Notes: a model not told the origin generated them from the sequence alone. A stretch of 62,656 bases of DNA, filler included, from 4 parts of 4 records of this genome joined end to end with filler, not necessarily neighbours in it; one strand, 5' to 3'; counted from the first letter of the whole stretch, positions 47,375 through 57,068 are shown. Numbers and translations: made by a program.

Positions 47375-47555
47375 AGAAATCGTTAGGGGTGACATCACCC
47401 CCTGTTACCTCGACAATTTTGTGCATAACTTTCGGGGCCGGGACGCGATCGCCATCCTCATAACGGTAAATTGCCTGCGGCGATGAGCCGATCATCTTCG
47501 CAAACTCTTTCCGACTTCCGCCGCAGTGCTGCTGTATCCAGAGCGTTAATTTCAT
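47340..47555 (-). CDS. Cro-like HTH repressor
   Basis: EFAKMIGSSPQAIYRYEDGDRVP..TGGDVTPNDF; divergent from cI. Confidence 0.88.
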   Translation of the reverse strand: MKLTLWIQQHCGGSRKEFAKMIGSSPQAIYRYEDGDRVPAPKVMHKIVEVTGGDVTPNDFFNLNDDHSEAA

Positions 47556-47651
47556 GACAACCGAACGCTATCTCCATTTTGGTGTATCGTCAACACCAAA
47601 AATCACCAACATGGCGATAGACATCTCCACCAGAATAGAGACAATTAGACC
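47556..47651. promoter_or_regulatory. OR region: PR (TTGACG-17-TAGCGT, minus), PRM (TAGACA-16-GACAAT, plus) and CACCAwwwTGGTG-type operators
   Basis: Operators at 47572-47584, 47604-47616, 47628-47640. Confidence 0.72.
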
Positions 47652-48386
47652 ATGAAAAACGCAAATCGCATTAAAGAGGCAAGAGAAGCGGCAGGAATGT
47701 CGCAATCTGAACTCGCAAATAAACTGGGAACCACCAACCAGCAAATTAGCCGGTTGGAGTTGGGCCAGCGCAAACTCACCATCGATTGGGTGATGAAAAT
47801 CGCAGAGGCATTGAAAATTCCAACCAATGCACTTTACGACCGTCCTGCGATGGAACCGATTTCGCGAGAAAGGCTACTTCAACCGCTAGGCCCAGACCCG
47901 GACCGTGAAAAATACGCCGATGCTTTGACCGATGAGAACAAGATACCCGAAATTGACATCCGGGCTGGAATGGGTGGAGGCGCGGAACCTCTTGTTGCGT
48001 TCAAACCCAACGGTAACGGGCACCACATCACGACAGACGCAATCAAAGCGGAATGGCTGATACCAAAAGAATACCTGATTACCGAGTTACGGGTGGCCCC
48101 GAGAAATGCCAGAGTTATTGAGGTTCAAGGCGACAGCATGGAACCCACCCTCAGAAGTGGCGACCGCGTCATCGTCAACACTGCCGACAAACAACCAAGC
48201 CCACCCGGCGTATTCGCCTTATGGGACGGCTTTGGCGTCGTCGTGAAGCGGATTGAGGTTATACCCAACTCAGAGCCGCCAACCGTGCGGGTCGTTTCAG
48301 ACAACGCCCACCACTCCACATACGAGCGGACCGTCGATGAAATCAACATCATCGGTCGAATAGTCTGGTACGCCAGAAAGCTTTAA
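47652..48386 (+). CDS. CI-like repressor (XRE HTH + S24 peptidase)
   Basis: MSQSELANKLG..ISRLELG; VQGDSMEP, VVKR. Confidence 0.93.
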   Translation: MKNANRIKEAREAAGMSQSELANKLGTTNQQISRLELGQRKLTIDWVMKIAEALKIPTNALYDRPAMEPISRERLLQPLGPDPDREKYADALTDENKIPEIDIRAGMGGGAEPLVAFKPNGNGHHITTDAIKAEWLIPKEYLITELRVAPRNARVIEVQGDSMEPTLRSGDRVIVNTADKQPSPPGVFALWDGFGVVVKRIEVIPNSEPPTVRVVSDNAHHSTYERTVDEINIIGRIVWYARKL

Positions 48387-48460
48387 CACCAAAACAGATA
48401 CACCAATTTAACTGTTTTGGTGATTTTTTGCATTGACATCCACCATTTTGGTGATAGCGT
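48387..48460 (+). promoter_or_regulatory. OL region: PL (TTGACA-16-TAGCGT) with operators
   Basis: CACCATTTTGGTG at 48441-48453; variants at 48387 and 48410. Confidence 0.72.
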
Positions 48461-48488
48461 GAGTTGAATTTCCGAAAAGGAGAAACTC

Positions 48489-48809
48489 ATGCAGCTAAAA
48501 AGTTGGCTCAAGGCAAATAATATCAAACAGCGCGATTTTGCTGTTTTGATCGGCGCGACCGATTCACAAATATCACGCATTTGCTGCGGACAAATGGTCG
48601 GTTCGCCAAAGATCATTCACCTGATCAGCAAGGCAACAAACGGTCAGGTATCAGCCTGCGACATTCACGCAGGCTATATCGAGGCTCGCAAACCCACTTG
48701 GGCACGACGGACCAACCCCGCAACGCCGATAGAGAACCGCCCGGAAGGCAAACTCCCCTCCCCAGAAATTCTAGAACTCGCGCAAGCTTTAGCGCGCGTG
48801 TTGGCTTGA
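48489..48809 (+). CDS. Second Cro-like HTH protein
   Basis: MQLKSWL..QRDFAVLIG..SQISRI..TNGQVSACD. Confidence 0.8.
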   Translation: MQLKSWLKANNIKQRDFAVLIGATDSQISRICCGQMVGSPKIIHLISKATNGQVSACDIHAGYIEARKPTWARRTNPATPIENRPEGKLPSPEILELAQALARVLA

Positions 48810-48825
48810 GAGGGAGAACGCGCCC

Positions 48826-49053
48826 ATGTCTCTTTCAAACACCGCTATTAATGCCCTTGCTTTCGATCAGGGCTCCGGCGATCTGATCGCCGATTTCGGC
48901 CACCCGCATTTCCCGGGCTGGATGCTGATCATGACGCTGCTGGTTCTGACCATCGCAGCGCAAAGCATGATGTCGCCCAACACCGCGATCATCCGCCCGC
49001 GCCCGTCACGCCCTTCTGTCACCCGCCTCGTGCGCCGGGACGGGAGCGAATGA
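48826..49053 (+). CDS. Small membrane protein
   Basis: GGGAG RBS; one TM. Confidence 0.5.
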   Translation: MSLSNTAINALAFDQGSGDLIADFGHPHFPGWMLIMTLLVLTIAAQSMMSPNTAIIRPRPSRPSVTRLVRRDGSE

Positions 49054-49391
49054 CATGTCGACCTTCCACACCATCCTTGAAAACTGGAAAGCCCATATCG
49101 ATGCGTTCCTGCGCGCGCTATGGGATGACCAGCCTGCAGGGCAAAAACCGGGAAAGGGTCGTTGATATGTCCTTGATGATCATGACCCAGCATGACGCAA
49201 AGCCGGTCATCACCGAGGCCATCAGCCACGGCGCCAACGGCTTTAGCGGCATCATCACCCTTCGCTTTGGCGATCTGTCGATCCAGATCGACGATCACAC
49301 CGCCGAGCAGATCGAAACCGGTCTGCAGGCCAGCCGACAAAAACTCAAGGACGCCATCACAGCAAATAATAACCGGAGGACGGCAGCATGA
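49050..49391 (+). CDS. Hypothetical phage protein (start uncertain)
   Basis: ATGA-coupled to the next gene. Confidence 0.5.
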   Translation: MTCRPSTPSLKTGKPISMRSCARYGMTSLQGKNRERVVDMSLMIMTQHDAKPVITEAISHGANGFSGIITLRFGDLSIQIDDHTAEQIETGLQASRQKLKDAITANNNRRTAA

Positions 49392-49780
49392 CCGCATCCG
49401 TGACCCAATTCCCGAAATCTCCGACCGTGATCCCAATCCGCCAGCAGATCGCCAATCTGGCCGTTATGCCCGCACCGGGATCGACCCTGATCTTTATCCG
49501 CGACGGCAAGATGGGCGCGGGCGAGGTCATCGTCGCCCTGCCGTCCGGGCAAATGATGATCAAGGTCGAGGAAAAATCAAACCACCCGCAGGCCGGCAAC
49601 AAAATCTGGATTTCGCGTCGCCAGGTCCGCACCCACGCAATTTTCCAGCCCATTTCCGAAGAAAAACCATGCGCTGCCCGCGACGTCCCTGCTGGCCAAT
49701 CATGGGCTTTTCTCGACCATCGCCGCCTTTCCGAACTGGACCCTCAAAACCCGGACGACTTCCCACCGGCAGCGGCTTAA
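49388..49780 (+). CDS. Hypothetical phage protein
   Basis: GGAGG RBS; ATGA overlap. Confidence 0.6.
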   Translation: MTASVTQFPKSPTVIPIRQQIANLAVMPAPGSTLIFIRDGKMGAGEVIVALPSGQMMIKVEEKSNHPQAGNKIWISRRQVRTHAIFQPISEEKPCAARDVPAGQSWAFLDHRRLSELDPQNPDDFPPAAA

Positions 49781-49808
49781 TCAACCCCAGACCATAGGAG
49801 ACGGTTCA

Positions 49809-50165
49809 ATGTCGAACCACAACGGCGAACTCAAAAGCTTTGGCACCCTCATTCAATCGCTTGAGGAAGGCCAGCTTCACAGCGACCTGACCGATCAGAT
49901 CACCGAGATCACCAAGGCCCTGCAGAACCACGTCATCAATCACGGCGGATCACCCAAAGCCGCCCTTAGTCTGAAACTGAAATTCGGACTTAAGGGCGGC
50001 GTGATCGAAGTCAGCGCCACCACCGACACGACCCTGCCGGTATCACCGCGCAGCCAGTCGATCCTTTGGCCGGATGAAAACGGCAACCTTTGCCGCCAGA
50101 ACCCGCGCCAGCGCGACATGTTCAAGGACGTAAACGCGCCGGAATCCGAAACCCGCGCCGTTTAA
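49809..50165 (+). CDS. YfdP-like hypothetical protein
   Basis: NLCRQNPRQRDMF; precedes the DUF2303 gene. Confidence 0.7.
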   Translation: MSNHNGELKSFGTLIQSLEEGQLHSDLTDQITEITKALQNHVINHGGSPKAALSLKLKFGLKGGVIEVSATTDTTLPVSPRSQSILWPDENGNLCRQNPRQRDMFKDVNAPESETRAV

Positions 50166-50202
50166 GGCGCAAACACCCAACCCGAAGCAACGGAACATCA
50201 CG

Positions 50203-51153
50203 ATGACCACCGAAGCAAAAACATCTTTCCAGACTGAAACCGAGGCCGCGCACAAGCTCACCGCCAAATTCGGCGATCACAAGCTTGTTGAACTCAGCCA
50301 TGACGGGATCAAGGTCCCGGTTATGATCCTGCCGGAAGGCCGCAAAGCAGCAAGCGTTCAGGAATTCCTTGATGAAGTTCGCGACCATCCAAAACAGCGC
50401 GGAGGCACTAGCCTTATGCAGAACCTTGACAGCTTTGTCGCCATGACCAACCGGTTTAAAGGCGACCACAGTGCCGTTTTCGGCACCTGCGATACGGCAA
50501 CCGCCAACCTTTCACTAACCACCGTGTTTGACTACCACGACCCCTCCGAAGTCAAGGACGGCATCCCGCGCTTCATGGAGCATAAATGCGTTTATCGCTT
50601 CCCGGTTTCCGACGAGTGGAAAGCATGGATGGCGATGGATGACAAATGGATCAGCCAGAACGATTTTGCCGAGTTTCTGGAAGAACACATTATCGACGTT
50701 GCCGCCCCACCCGCCTTTGACAGCAAGCCCGACCTGACCGAATTCGAAAAGCACCTGCTGAACCTTATTTCGACGCTCGGCAGCAAATTCACCGGGCCAA
50801 GCGGGATTCTGGAACTGTCGCGCGGCTTGAGCATGCGGACGGAAGAAACCCTGCAGCAGCGCCAAAACCTCGCCACGGGCGAAACGGCCCTGACATTCAG
50901 CAACGAACACAAGAACACCGAAGGCGGCAAGCTGGTGGTGCCCGACCTGTTCCTGATCAACATCCCGGTTTTCAAGAACGACGCGAACTATCTGATCCCG
51001 GTTCGCCTGCGGTTCCGTAAGGACGGAACGCAGGTGGTCTGGAAGTTCCTGCTTCATCGCACCGAACTGATCGTGAACCACGCCTTTGACGAAGGCTGCG
51101 CAAAGGTGAAGGCGGAAACCAAACTGCCGCTTTTCATCGGCCAGTCCGAATAG
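50203..51153 (+). CDS. DUF2303/YfdQ family protein
   Basis: VFDYH, SDEWKAW, QNDFAEFLEE, IPVF..VRLRFR. Confidence 0.85.
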   Translation: MTTEAKTSFQTETEAAHKLTAKFGDHKLVELSHDGIKVPVMILPEGRKAASVQEFLDEVRDHPKQRGGTSLMQNLDSFVAMTNRFKGDHSAVFGTCDTATANLSLTTVFDYHDPSEVKDGIPRFMEHKCVYRFPVSDEWKAWMAMDDKWISQNDFAEFLEEHIIDVAAPPAFDSKPDLTEFEKHLLNLISTLGSKFTGPSGILELSRGLSMRTEETLQQRQNLATGETALTFSNEHKNTEGGKLVVPDLFLINIPVFKNDANYLIPVRLRFRKDGTQVVWKFLLHRTELIVNHAFDEGCAKVKAETKLPLFIGQSE

Positions 51154-51211
51154 GCCAGGTACGCATTTCCCGGCGGCAATTGCGCCGCCGGAAACCCCGA
51201 AAGGCACCCAA

Positions 51212-51820
51212 ATGACCACGATTGTATTAACCATGTCGGGCCGCAAAATCGACCTTCTGGCCCCCAAAACATCGGACATCTATTGGCCGGATGTCTGCTA
51301 CGCCCTCTCAAACATCAATCGCTATACCGGCCATACCAGAATCCCGGTCGCGCAGCATTCCGTGATTGTTGCCGATCTGGTCAGCGCAGAGGCCGAGCCC
51401 TATGCCCTGATCCACGACGCCAAAGAATACATCACGGGCGACACCAGCACCCCGGAAAAAGACGCCGAGTACGAAGCGCTCTTTGCGCAATTCCCGATCC
51501 ATGTCCGCAACGAGCTGCAGAACTTCCACAATGTCCGCATGGGCCGCGAGATCATCGAGGAAATGGTTGACGAGGCGATCCATACCGCCGCCGGATTGCA
51601 ATGGCCGGTTCCAGATCATATCGCCCGGGAAATCAAGCGCGCCGATCAGATCGCCTTGGCAACCGAAAGCCGCGACAACCTGCCCGAACAGGTCGGCGAC
51701 CCGAATATTCGTCCGCTGACCACCAAGGTCCAGCCGATGACCGCCGACGAGGCCCAGCACCTGTTTGCGAACCGCATTCAGGTGACCTTGCCGGTTTTCA
51801 TTCAGGACATGGCGGCATGA
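51212..51820 (+). CDS. HD-domain phosphohydrolase (YfdR-like)
   Basis: LSNINRYTGH, VAQHS, LIHDAKE, IKRAD. Confidence 0.85.
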   Translation: MTTIVLTMSGRKIDLLAPKTSDIYWPDVCYALSNINRYTGHTRIPVAQHSVIVADLVSAEAEPYALIHDAKEYITGDTSTPEKDAEYEALFAQFPIHVRNELQNFHNVRMGREIIEEMVDEAIHTAAGLQWPVPDHIAREIKRADQIALATESRDNLPEQVGDPNIRPLTTKVQPMTADEAQHLFANRIQVTLPVFIQDMAA

Positions 51821-52008
51821 ACAACCACCCCCACATGCGCGGCGATGAAATCCTGCTTATTGCCGAAATTGAAGCCGCAACCGCGCTGCGCAAGGCGTTT
51901 GAAAGCCTCGACACCTATCTCGAACGCTTTCCCGGTGCGCCTCTCAGCCGTGATGAATTTATCCGACGCGTGGGCCTTCGGGCCACCAATCAGGACGACG
52001 CGGCCTAG
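51817..52008 (+). CDS. Small hypothetical protein
   Basis: ATGA-coupled; ends DDAA. Confidence 0.55.
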   Translation: MNNHPHMRGDEILLIAEIEAATALRKAFESLDTYLERFPGAPLSRDEFIRRVGLRATNQDDAA

Positions 52009-52120
52009 CCGCCTCGTTCCGCAGAACGGCGGGCAAGCCGGTTTCCCCACCGGCACCCAACCCCAACCGCACCCCGCCCGCCGTTCTCCGCGACGAGAAA
52101 CCCGGAACAAGGACAGAACC

Positions 52121-52816
52121 ATGCCCGATATTTTTGAACAGAATGCAGTTGCCTATCAGGAAGCCCGCAGCCTTTGGGAAGAACTCTCAAAGGCAAATGT
52201 CAGCCTTGATAAGCAGCTTGAAGCGCGAACCAAAATGATCCGCATCGATCCTTTGGCGGCACTGATCGACCAGCTCGACCGCATCGCCGCCCAGATCAGC
52301 ATTGATCTGGATGATGAGGATGCCGTTGGCGATCTGGTTCACGAACTTAATGATATGGCCGCGACGGCTTCGCCCTACGCCGGCAACGTTTCCGATCTCG
52401 GCACCCGCACGGCGTTCGGGATCATGGCCAGCGCAAAGGCATGGGCGAAAATACTGGACGAACAAAGCCAGCCATTCGCTCAGGTTAGGTCCGACATATT
52501 GATGACCGCGATATGGGTCGCGAACCGACTGCTGATCGATCGCGTTCACGAAGCAAGCCGCCTGCAGGATGCAGCGGTGCCTGACCGCATCGCCTTCCTG
52601 CCCCATCAACCCGCGCCAGACGCCCCCTATGAAATCCACTTCGTGCGCGAAGGCTCAAAAGCCCGATACCACCACAGCCCCACCTTCACCAAAGGCATCA
52701 CGACCGCCTGCCACGCGTCACGGGTCTGCAACGCCATGAACCGCGCCATCGGCATCAACCACACAACAGCGCAATCCATCATTGCGGCGCTGCAAATCGA
52801 TGAGGTGGCGGCATGA
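52121..52816 (+). CDS. Hypothetical phage protein
   Basis: AAGGA RBS; 231 aa. Confidence 0.7.
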   Translation: MPDIFEQNAVAYQEARSLWEELSKANVSLDKQLEARTKMIRIDPLAALIDQLDRIAAQISIDLDDEDAVGDLVHELNDMAATASPYAGNVSDLGTRTAFGIMASAKAWAKILDEQSQPFAQVRSDILMTAIWVANRLLIDRVHEASRLQDAAVPDRIAFLPHQPAPDAPYEIHFVREGSKARYHHSPTFTKGITTACHASRVCNAMNRAIGINHTTAQSIIAALQIDEVAA

Positions 52817-53079
52817 AACGCACCGTCATCGTAACCCTCGAAGTCGAATTTGAGGACCTTTCCGACGACGCCCGCAAAGCCATCGCGAAGGAAACAGAAG
52901 AACATCCGGACGAACTGCCGGGCCTTGTCGACTACGAAGCAAGCGAACTGGCGGAACCCTTCGGCTATCTGGAAACCGCGATCGACACCGAAGAATTTCT
53001 TGCGGGCAGCGACATCATGGCAAGCATCACTGCAAGCCAGGTCGTTGAATGCAAATTCAAGGAGGCGGACGAACAATGA
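52813..53079 (+). CDS. Small acidic protein
   Basis: 88 aa, D/E-rich, coupled. Confidence 0.7.
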   Translation: MKRTVIVTLEVEFEDLSDDARKAIAKETEEHPDELPGLVDYEASELAEPFGYLETAIDTEEFLAGSDIMASITASQVVECKFKEADEQ

Positions 53080-53462
53080 CCCCCGCAACCAAAGCACTTT
53101 CGATCCGCCAACCTTGGGTTCATCACATTTTCCATGACGGCAAGGATGTCGAAAACCGAAAATGGGAAACCCATTATCGCGGCGACGTCCTGATCCATTC
53201 CAGCAAGTCCTTTGACGGCCCTGCAGCCGACAAACGCAGATTCCTGATCGATCACCCGCACGAAACGTTCGGCGCCATTGTTGGCATCGTCGAGATTGTC
53301 GACTGCGTATCCGACATGGACAGCGATTGGTTCCACGGCCCCTATGGCTTTGTCCTGCGCAACCCGCGCCTGATCAATCCCCTGCCCTGCAAGGGCATGC
53401 TCGGCTTTTTCACTCCTGACATTGATTTTAGCCAGATACGCCCGCTGGAGGATGCAGCATGA
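53076..53462 (+). CDS. ASCH domain protein
   Basis: KALSIRQPW, GKDVENR, RGDVLIH, KGMLGFF. Confidence 0.9.
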   Translation: MTPATKALSIRQPWVHHIFHDGKDVENRKWETHYRGDVLIHSSKSFDGPAADKRRFLIDHPHETFGAIVGIVEIVDCVSDMDSDWFHGPYGFVLRNPRLINPLPCKGMLGFFTPDIDFSQIRPLEDAA

Positions 53463-54607
53463 CCAAGATTGAATGGACCCATCGCCCGGGCACCAAGGGC
53501 GAAAGATGGAACCCCGTCAAGGCACGGAACAAGAAAACCGGCGGCATCGGCCATTTCTGCACCAAGGTTTCGAAGGGGTGCAATAATTGCTATGCCGCCA
53601 ACTTCCAGCCTCGATTTAAAAATCCGATCCGCTATGCCAAGCAGGACGCCGATCAGGTTGAACTTTTCCTTGATAAAGGAAGGTTGCGTGAGCCGCTGCA
53701 TTGGAAAAAACCGCGCACGGCATTTGTCTGCAGCATGACTGACCTGTTTTTAGAACTGCATCCCGACGACTGGCTGGATCAGATATTTGCACACATGGCC
53801 CTTTGCGTCGGGCAAACCTTTATGGTCCTGACCAAACGCCCTGCCCGCGCGCAGGAATACCTCCGAAGCGAGGAAACGGGCCGCCGCATCGGGAAAATCA
53901 TGCGATCCATCGAGCCGTTGGCGACCTGCTATATGTGCCCGGATCAGGACGGCATCTGGCCCCTTCCCAATGTCTGGCTCGGCGTCAGCGTCGAAGATCA
54001 GGCAACCGCCGACGAACGCATCCCTATCTTGTTGAACACACCGGCAGAGTTGCGGTTTATCAGCGCGGAACCGTTGCTTGGGCCGCTTCAAATCGAACGA
54101 TGGCTTAACATCGCATGGCAATGTTCTGGATGTCGCGGGTATTTTTCAGGGACATGGCAGAGAACTTGCCCGGATTGCGGTAAAACTAACTACTGGTCTG
54201 GCAGTCATAAGTTCAATGGTCGCAAACGCCCTAAAAACCCCATTCGTCCCCCTCAATCAGGCCAAGGCATTGACTGGGTAATCGCGGGGGGAGAAAGCGG
54301 CCACAAAGCCAATCCCATGCACCCGGACTGGGCTCGATCCCTGCGCGATCAGTGTGCCGCCGAAAACGTCCCCTTTTTCTTTAAGCAATGGGGCGCTTGG
54401 GCCTGCACCTATGACCGCGACATTGACGATCCGGACTGGCGCAAATGCCCCAAACCATCCAGCAACAGGGAACGCTATCTCAACCTCGAAGGTGGTCACG
54501 GCTTCCACGGCGAACGTGTTGTTTTCATGAGAAAAGTTAGCAAAAAGGAAGCTGGCCGCGAACTCGATGGACGGCAGCATAACGAATGGCCGAGGGCAGC
54601 ATCATGA
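53459..54607 (+). CDS. Gp37/Gp68 (DUF5131) family protein
   Basis: TKIEWT, CTKVSKGCNNCYA, FVCSMTDLF, SAEPLLG, WVIAGGESG, FFFKQWG. Confidence 0.92.
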   Translation: MTKIEWTHRPGTKGERWNPVKARNKKTGGIGHFCTKVSKGCNNCYAANFQPRFKNPIRYAKQDADQVELFLDKGRLREPLHWKKPRTAFVCSMTDLFLELHPDDWLDQIFAHMALCVGQTFMVLTKRPARAQEYLRSEETGRRIGKIMRSIEPLATCYMCPDQDGIWPLPNVWLGVSVEDQATADERIPILLNTPAELRFISAEPLLGPLQIERWLNIAWQCSGCRGYFSGTWQRTCPDCGKTNYWSGSHKFNGRKRPKNPIRPPQSGQGIDWVIAGGESGHKANPMHPDWARSLRDQCAAENVPFFFKQWGAWACTYDRDIDDPDWRKCPKPSSNRERYLNLEGGHGFHGERVVFMRKVSKKEAGRELDGRQHNEWPRAAS

Positions 54608-56670
54608 GCTTTATGCAACCGCACCAATGGAGCCTCGACACCGAGATCATCGTCGATAATTTTGCCGGTGGCGGCGGCGCCAGCACCGGTATTGAAATGG
54701 CGCTGGGATGCCCCGTCACGATCGCGATCAACCATGACGCCAATGCGGTTACAATGCACAAGGCCAATCACCCGCACACCGAGCATCTTTGCGAGGATGT
54801 CTTTGCGGTTGACCCGAAAGCCGTATGCAAAGGGCGCCGCGTCAAACTTGCTTGGTTCTCGCCGGATTGCACCCATCACAGCAAGGCCAAGGGCGGCAAG
54901 CCCCGGTCGAAGAAAATCCGGGGGCTGGCATGGGTTGTGATCGATTGGGCCAGAGAGGTTAAGCCGCGCATCATCATGCTCGAAAATGTCGAGGAATGGA
55001 TCGATTGGGGACCGCTGACCGATGAAGGCCAACCCTGCAAACAGCGCAAAGGCGAGATATTCGAAAAATGGAAGGCCGAGCTTGAGAGCCTTGGATACAC
55101 CGTCGAATATCGCGTTTTACGTGCCTGCGACTATGGCACCCCGACAATCCGCAAACGCGTGTTTGTGATAGCCAGGTGCGACGGCGAACCGATCGTCTGG
55201 CCGGAACCAACCCACGGCAAGCCGGGATCACCGGAAGTAAAATCCAAGAAACTCAAACCTTGGCCGGTTGCCGCCGATATTATCGACTGGTCATTGCCCT
55301 GCCCATCGATATTCATGGACCCGATTGAGGCAAGGAAACTGCGACTCAAACGCCCGCTCAAAGACAACACCATGAAGCGTATCTATCGCGGATTGCATAA
55401 ATTCGTCTTTGACGCCAAGGAACCCTTTGTTGTCACGGTAAATCATGGCGGCGACCGATTCCGCGGGCAAGGCGTAAACGACCCGTTCATGACGGTCACC
55501 GCCGCACGGGACGGACACGGGCTGGTCGAAACAAAGATTGAACGTTATCGCGATTTCAAATGCGAAAACTGCGGCGAGGAAAATGGCGAAACTTGGTGGC
55601 CCACCTGTGAATGGTGCGGACATGAACACAGCGGCGCGATTGATAGCCACCTCACCACTGACATCGCCGCGCCTTTCATCCAAACTTACTATGGTCAAAA
55701 GCGCGAAGGCGAAACCCGTGGCGTCGATATGGGAGACGCTCTACCAACGCAAACCACCGAGAATCGATTTGGGCTTGTTCAACCGTTCATCCAGCACATC
55801 CAGCATGCCAGCAAGATCGACGGAACGATGCCTGCAGACGAGCCACTTAGAACGATAACCGCCACACCAAAAGGCGGCGGAATGGCGGTTGCTTGCGCAT
55901 ATATGGCGCAACACAACAACACGAGTGCTGACAGCCGGTCGGCAGGCGATCCGGTTTCATCCATCACGACCACAGGATCACAACAGGGCGTGGTCGCTGC
56001 GCATATCACCAAGTTCCGCAATGGCGCCACCGGATGCGATATGACCGAACCATTGCCAACGATCACCAGCGGCGGGAAAATGGCCCGCCCCGGCGGCGCC
56101 AATCCGCTGGGCGTCGTTGTCGGACACCTTGAACGCCAGTTTGGCAAATCAACCGGCAACAGCGCTACCGAACCCGTTGGCGCCGTCACTGCAGGCGGAG
56201 GGGGCAAAACCGCCCTTTGCGCGTCCCACTTGGTAAAACTGCGCGGGACCTGCAAGGACGGCCAACCGGTGACCGAGCCCACCCCAACGATCACAGCAGG
56301 CGGAAATCACGTTGGCGAGGTTCGCGCCTTCCTCTTGAAATACTACGGAACCGCCGTCGGGCAGGACTGCAAGGAACCGCTTGATACCGTGACGGCAAAT
56401 GACCGCTTCGGGCTGGTCATGATCAAGGGTGAGCTTTTCCAGATCATTGACATCGGGATGCGGATGCTATCGCCTCGGGAACTCTACGCCGCCCAAGGCT
56501 TCCCACCTGATTACAAGATCGGCGACCGCGAAAGCGACGGGTTCAAATTCAGCAAGAGCCAGCAGGTCGCGAAATGCGGCAACTCGGTCTGCCCGCCCCT
56601 CGCCGCCGCACTGGTTCGCGCCAACGTCGAAAAAAGCACCATGTTCGCGCCAATGGAGAGATCAGCATGA
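54604..56670 (+). CDS. DNA (cytosine-5) methyltransferase, long prophage type
   Basis: DNFAGGGGAS, SPDCTH, LENV, RKR, GNSVCP. Confidence 0.93.
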   Translation: MSFMQPHQWSLDTEIIVDNFAGGGGASTGIEMALGCPVTIAINHDANAVTMHKANHPHTEHLCEDVFAVDPKAVCKGRRVKLAWFSPDCTHHSKAKGGKPRSKKIRGLAWVVIDWAREVKPRIIMLENVEEWIDWGPLTDEGQPCKQRKGEIFEKWKAELESLGYTVEYRVLRACDYGTPTIRKRVFVIARCDGEPIVWPEPTHGKPGSPEVKSKKLKPWPVAADIIDWSLPCPSIFMDPIEARKLRLKRPLKDNTMKRIYRGLHKFVFDAKEPFVVTVNHGGDRFRGQGVNDPFMTVTAARDGHGLVETKIERYRDFKCENCGEENGETWWPTCEWCGHEHSGAIDSHLTTDIAAPFIQTYYGQKREGETRGVDMGDALPTQTTENRFGLVQPFIQHIQHASKIDGTMPADEPLRTITATPKGGGMAVACAYMAQHNNTSADSRSAGDPVSSITTTGSQQGVVAAHITKFRNGATGCDMTEPLPTITSGGKMARPGGANPLGVVVGHLERQFGKSTGNSATEPVGAVTAGGGGKTALCASHLVKLRGTCKDGQPVTEPTPTITAGGNHVGEVRAFLLKYYGTAVGQDCKEPLDTVTANDRFGLVMIKGELFQIIDIGMRMLSPRELYAAQGFPPDYKIGDRESDGFKFSKSQQVAKCGNSVCPPLAAALVRANVEKSTMFAPMERSA

Positions 56671-56990
56671 GCAACCTTCTATTCCTTTCCGCCAAACAGG
56701 TCGCCGACCGCTGGGCCGCTGTTGGCATCACCGGATCAGGCGACAAGCCGATATCAGTCAAAACCTTCGCATGCTGGCGGTCGAATGGCGAAGGCCCGCA
56801 ACAGGCGGTTGTCCGAGTCATGGGAAAAGTTCGGTACAGCATTGAAGCGCTGCGGAAATACGAGAAGGAACAGTTCGGTCAAACTTGCGACGGCCCTGTT
56901 GACGCACGCATGTCCGAAATGTCGACCGAGGAACTTCTGACAGCACGAAACCAGAAAACGGCGCAAAATCTGGAAAACAAGGCCGCATAA
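56667..56990 (+). CDS. Excisionase-like wHTH protein
   Basis: FLSAKQVA..TFACWRSNGEGP..GKVRY. Confidence 0.72.
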   Translation: MSNLLFLSAKQVADRWAAVGITGSGDKPISVKTFACWRSNGEGPQQAVVRVMGKVRYSIEALRKYEKEQFGQTCDGPVDARMSEMSTEELLTARNQKTAQNLENKAA

Positions 56991-57001
56991 CCAACCTAAA
57001 T

Positions 57002-57022
57002 TTTGCTACCTATTTGCTACCT
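57002..57022. repeat. Tandem TTTGCTACCT repeats; putative integrase arm-type sites
   Basis: Two exact 10-mers ~50 bp from the att core. Confidence 0.6.
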
Positions 57023-57023
57023 G

Positions 57024-57061
57024 AACCAAAAAGGGCTTAGAGGATAAACCTCTAAGCCCTT
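57024..57061 (-). terminator. Terminator downstream of the tRNA 3' end
   Basis: 13-bp stem AAGGGCTTAGAGG/CCTCTAAGCCCTT. Confidence 0.8.
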
Positions 57062-57068
57062 GAATTTT

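Noticed and set aside
50515-51279. Long antisense ORF over DUF2303 (likewise 25342-26109)
   Set aside because: Ordinary shadow frames with no coupling at either end; they show the background rate for the bridge-ORF finding.
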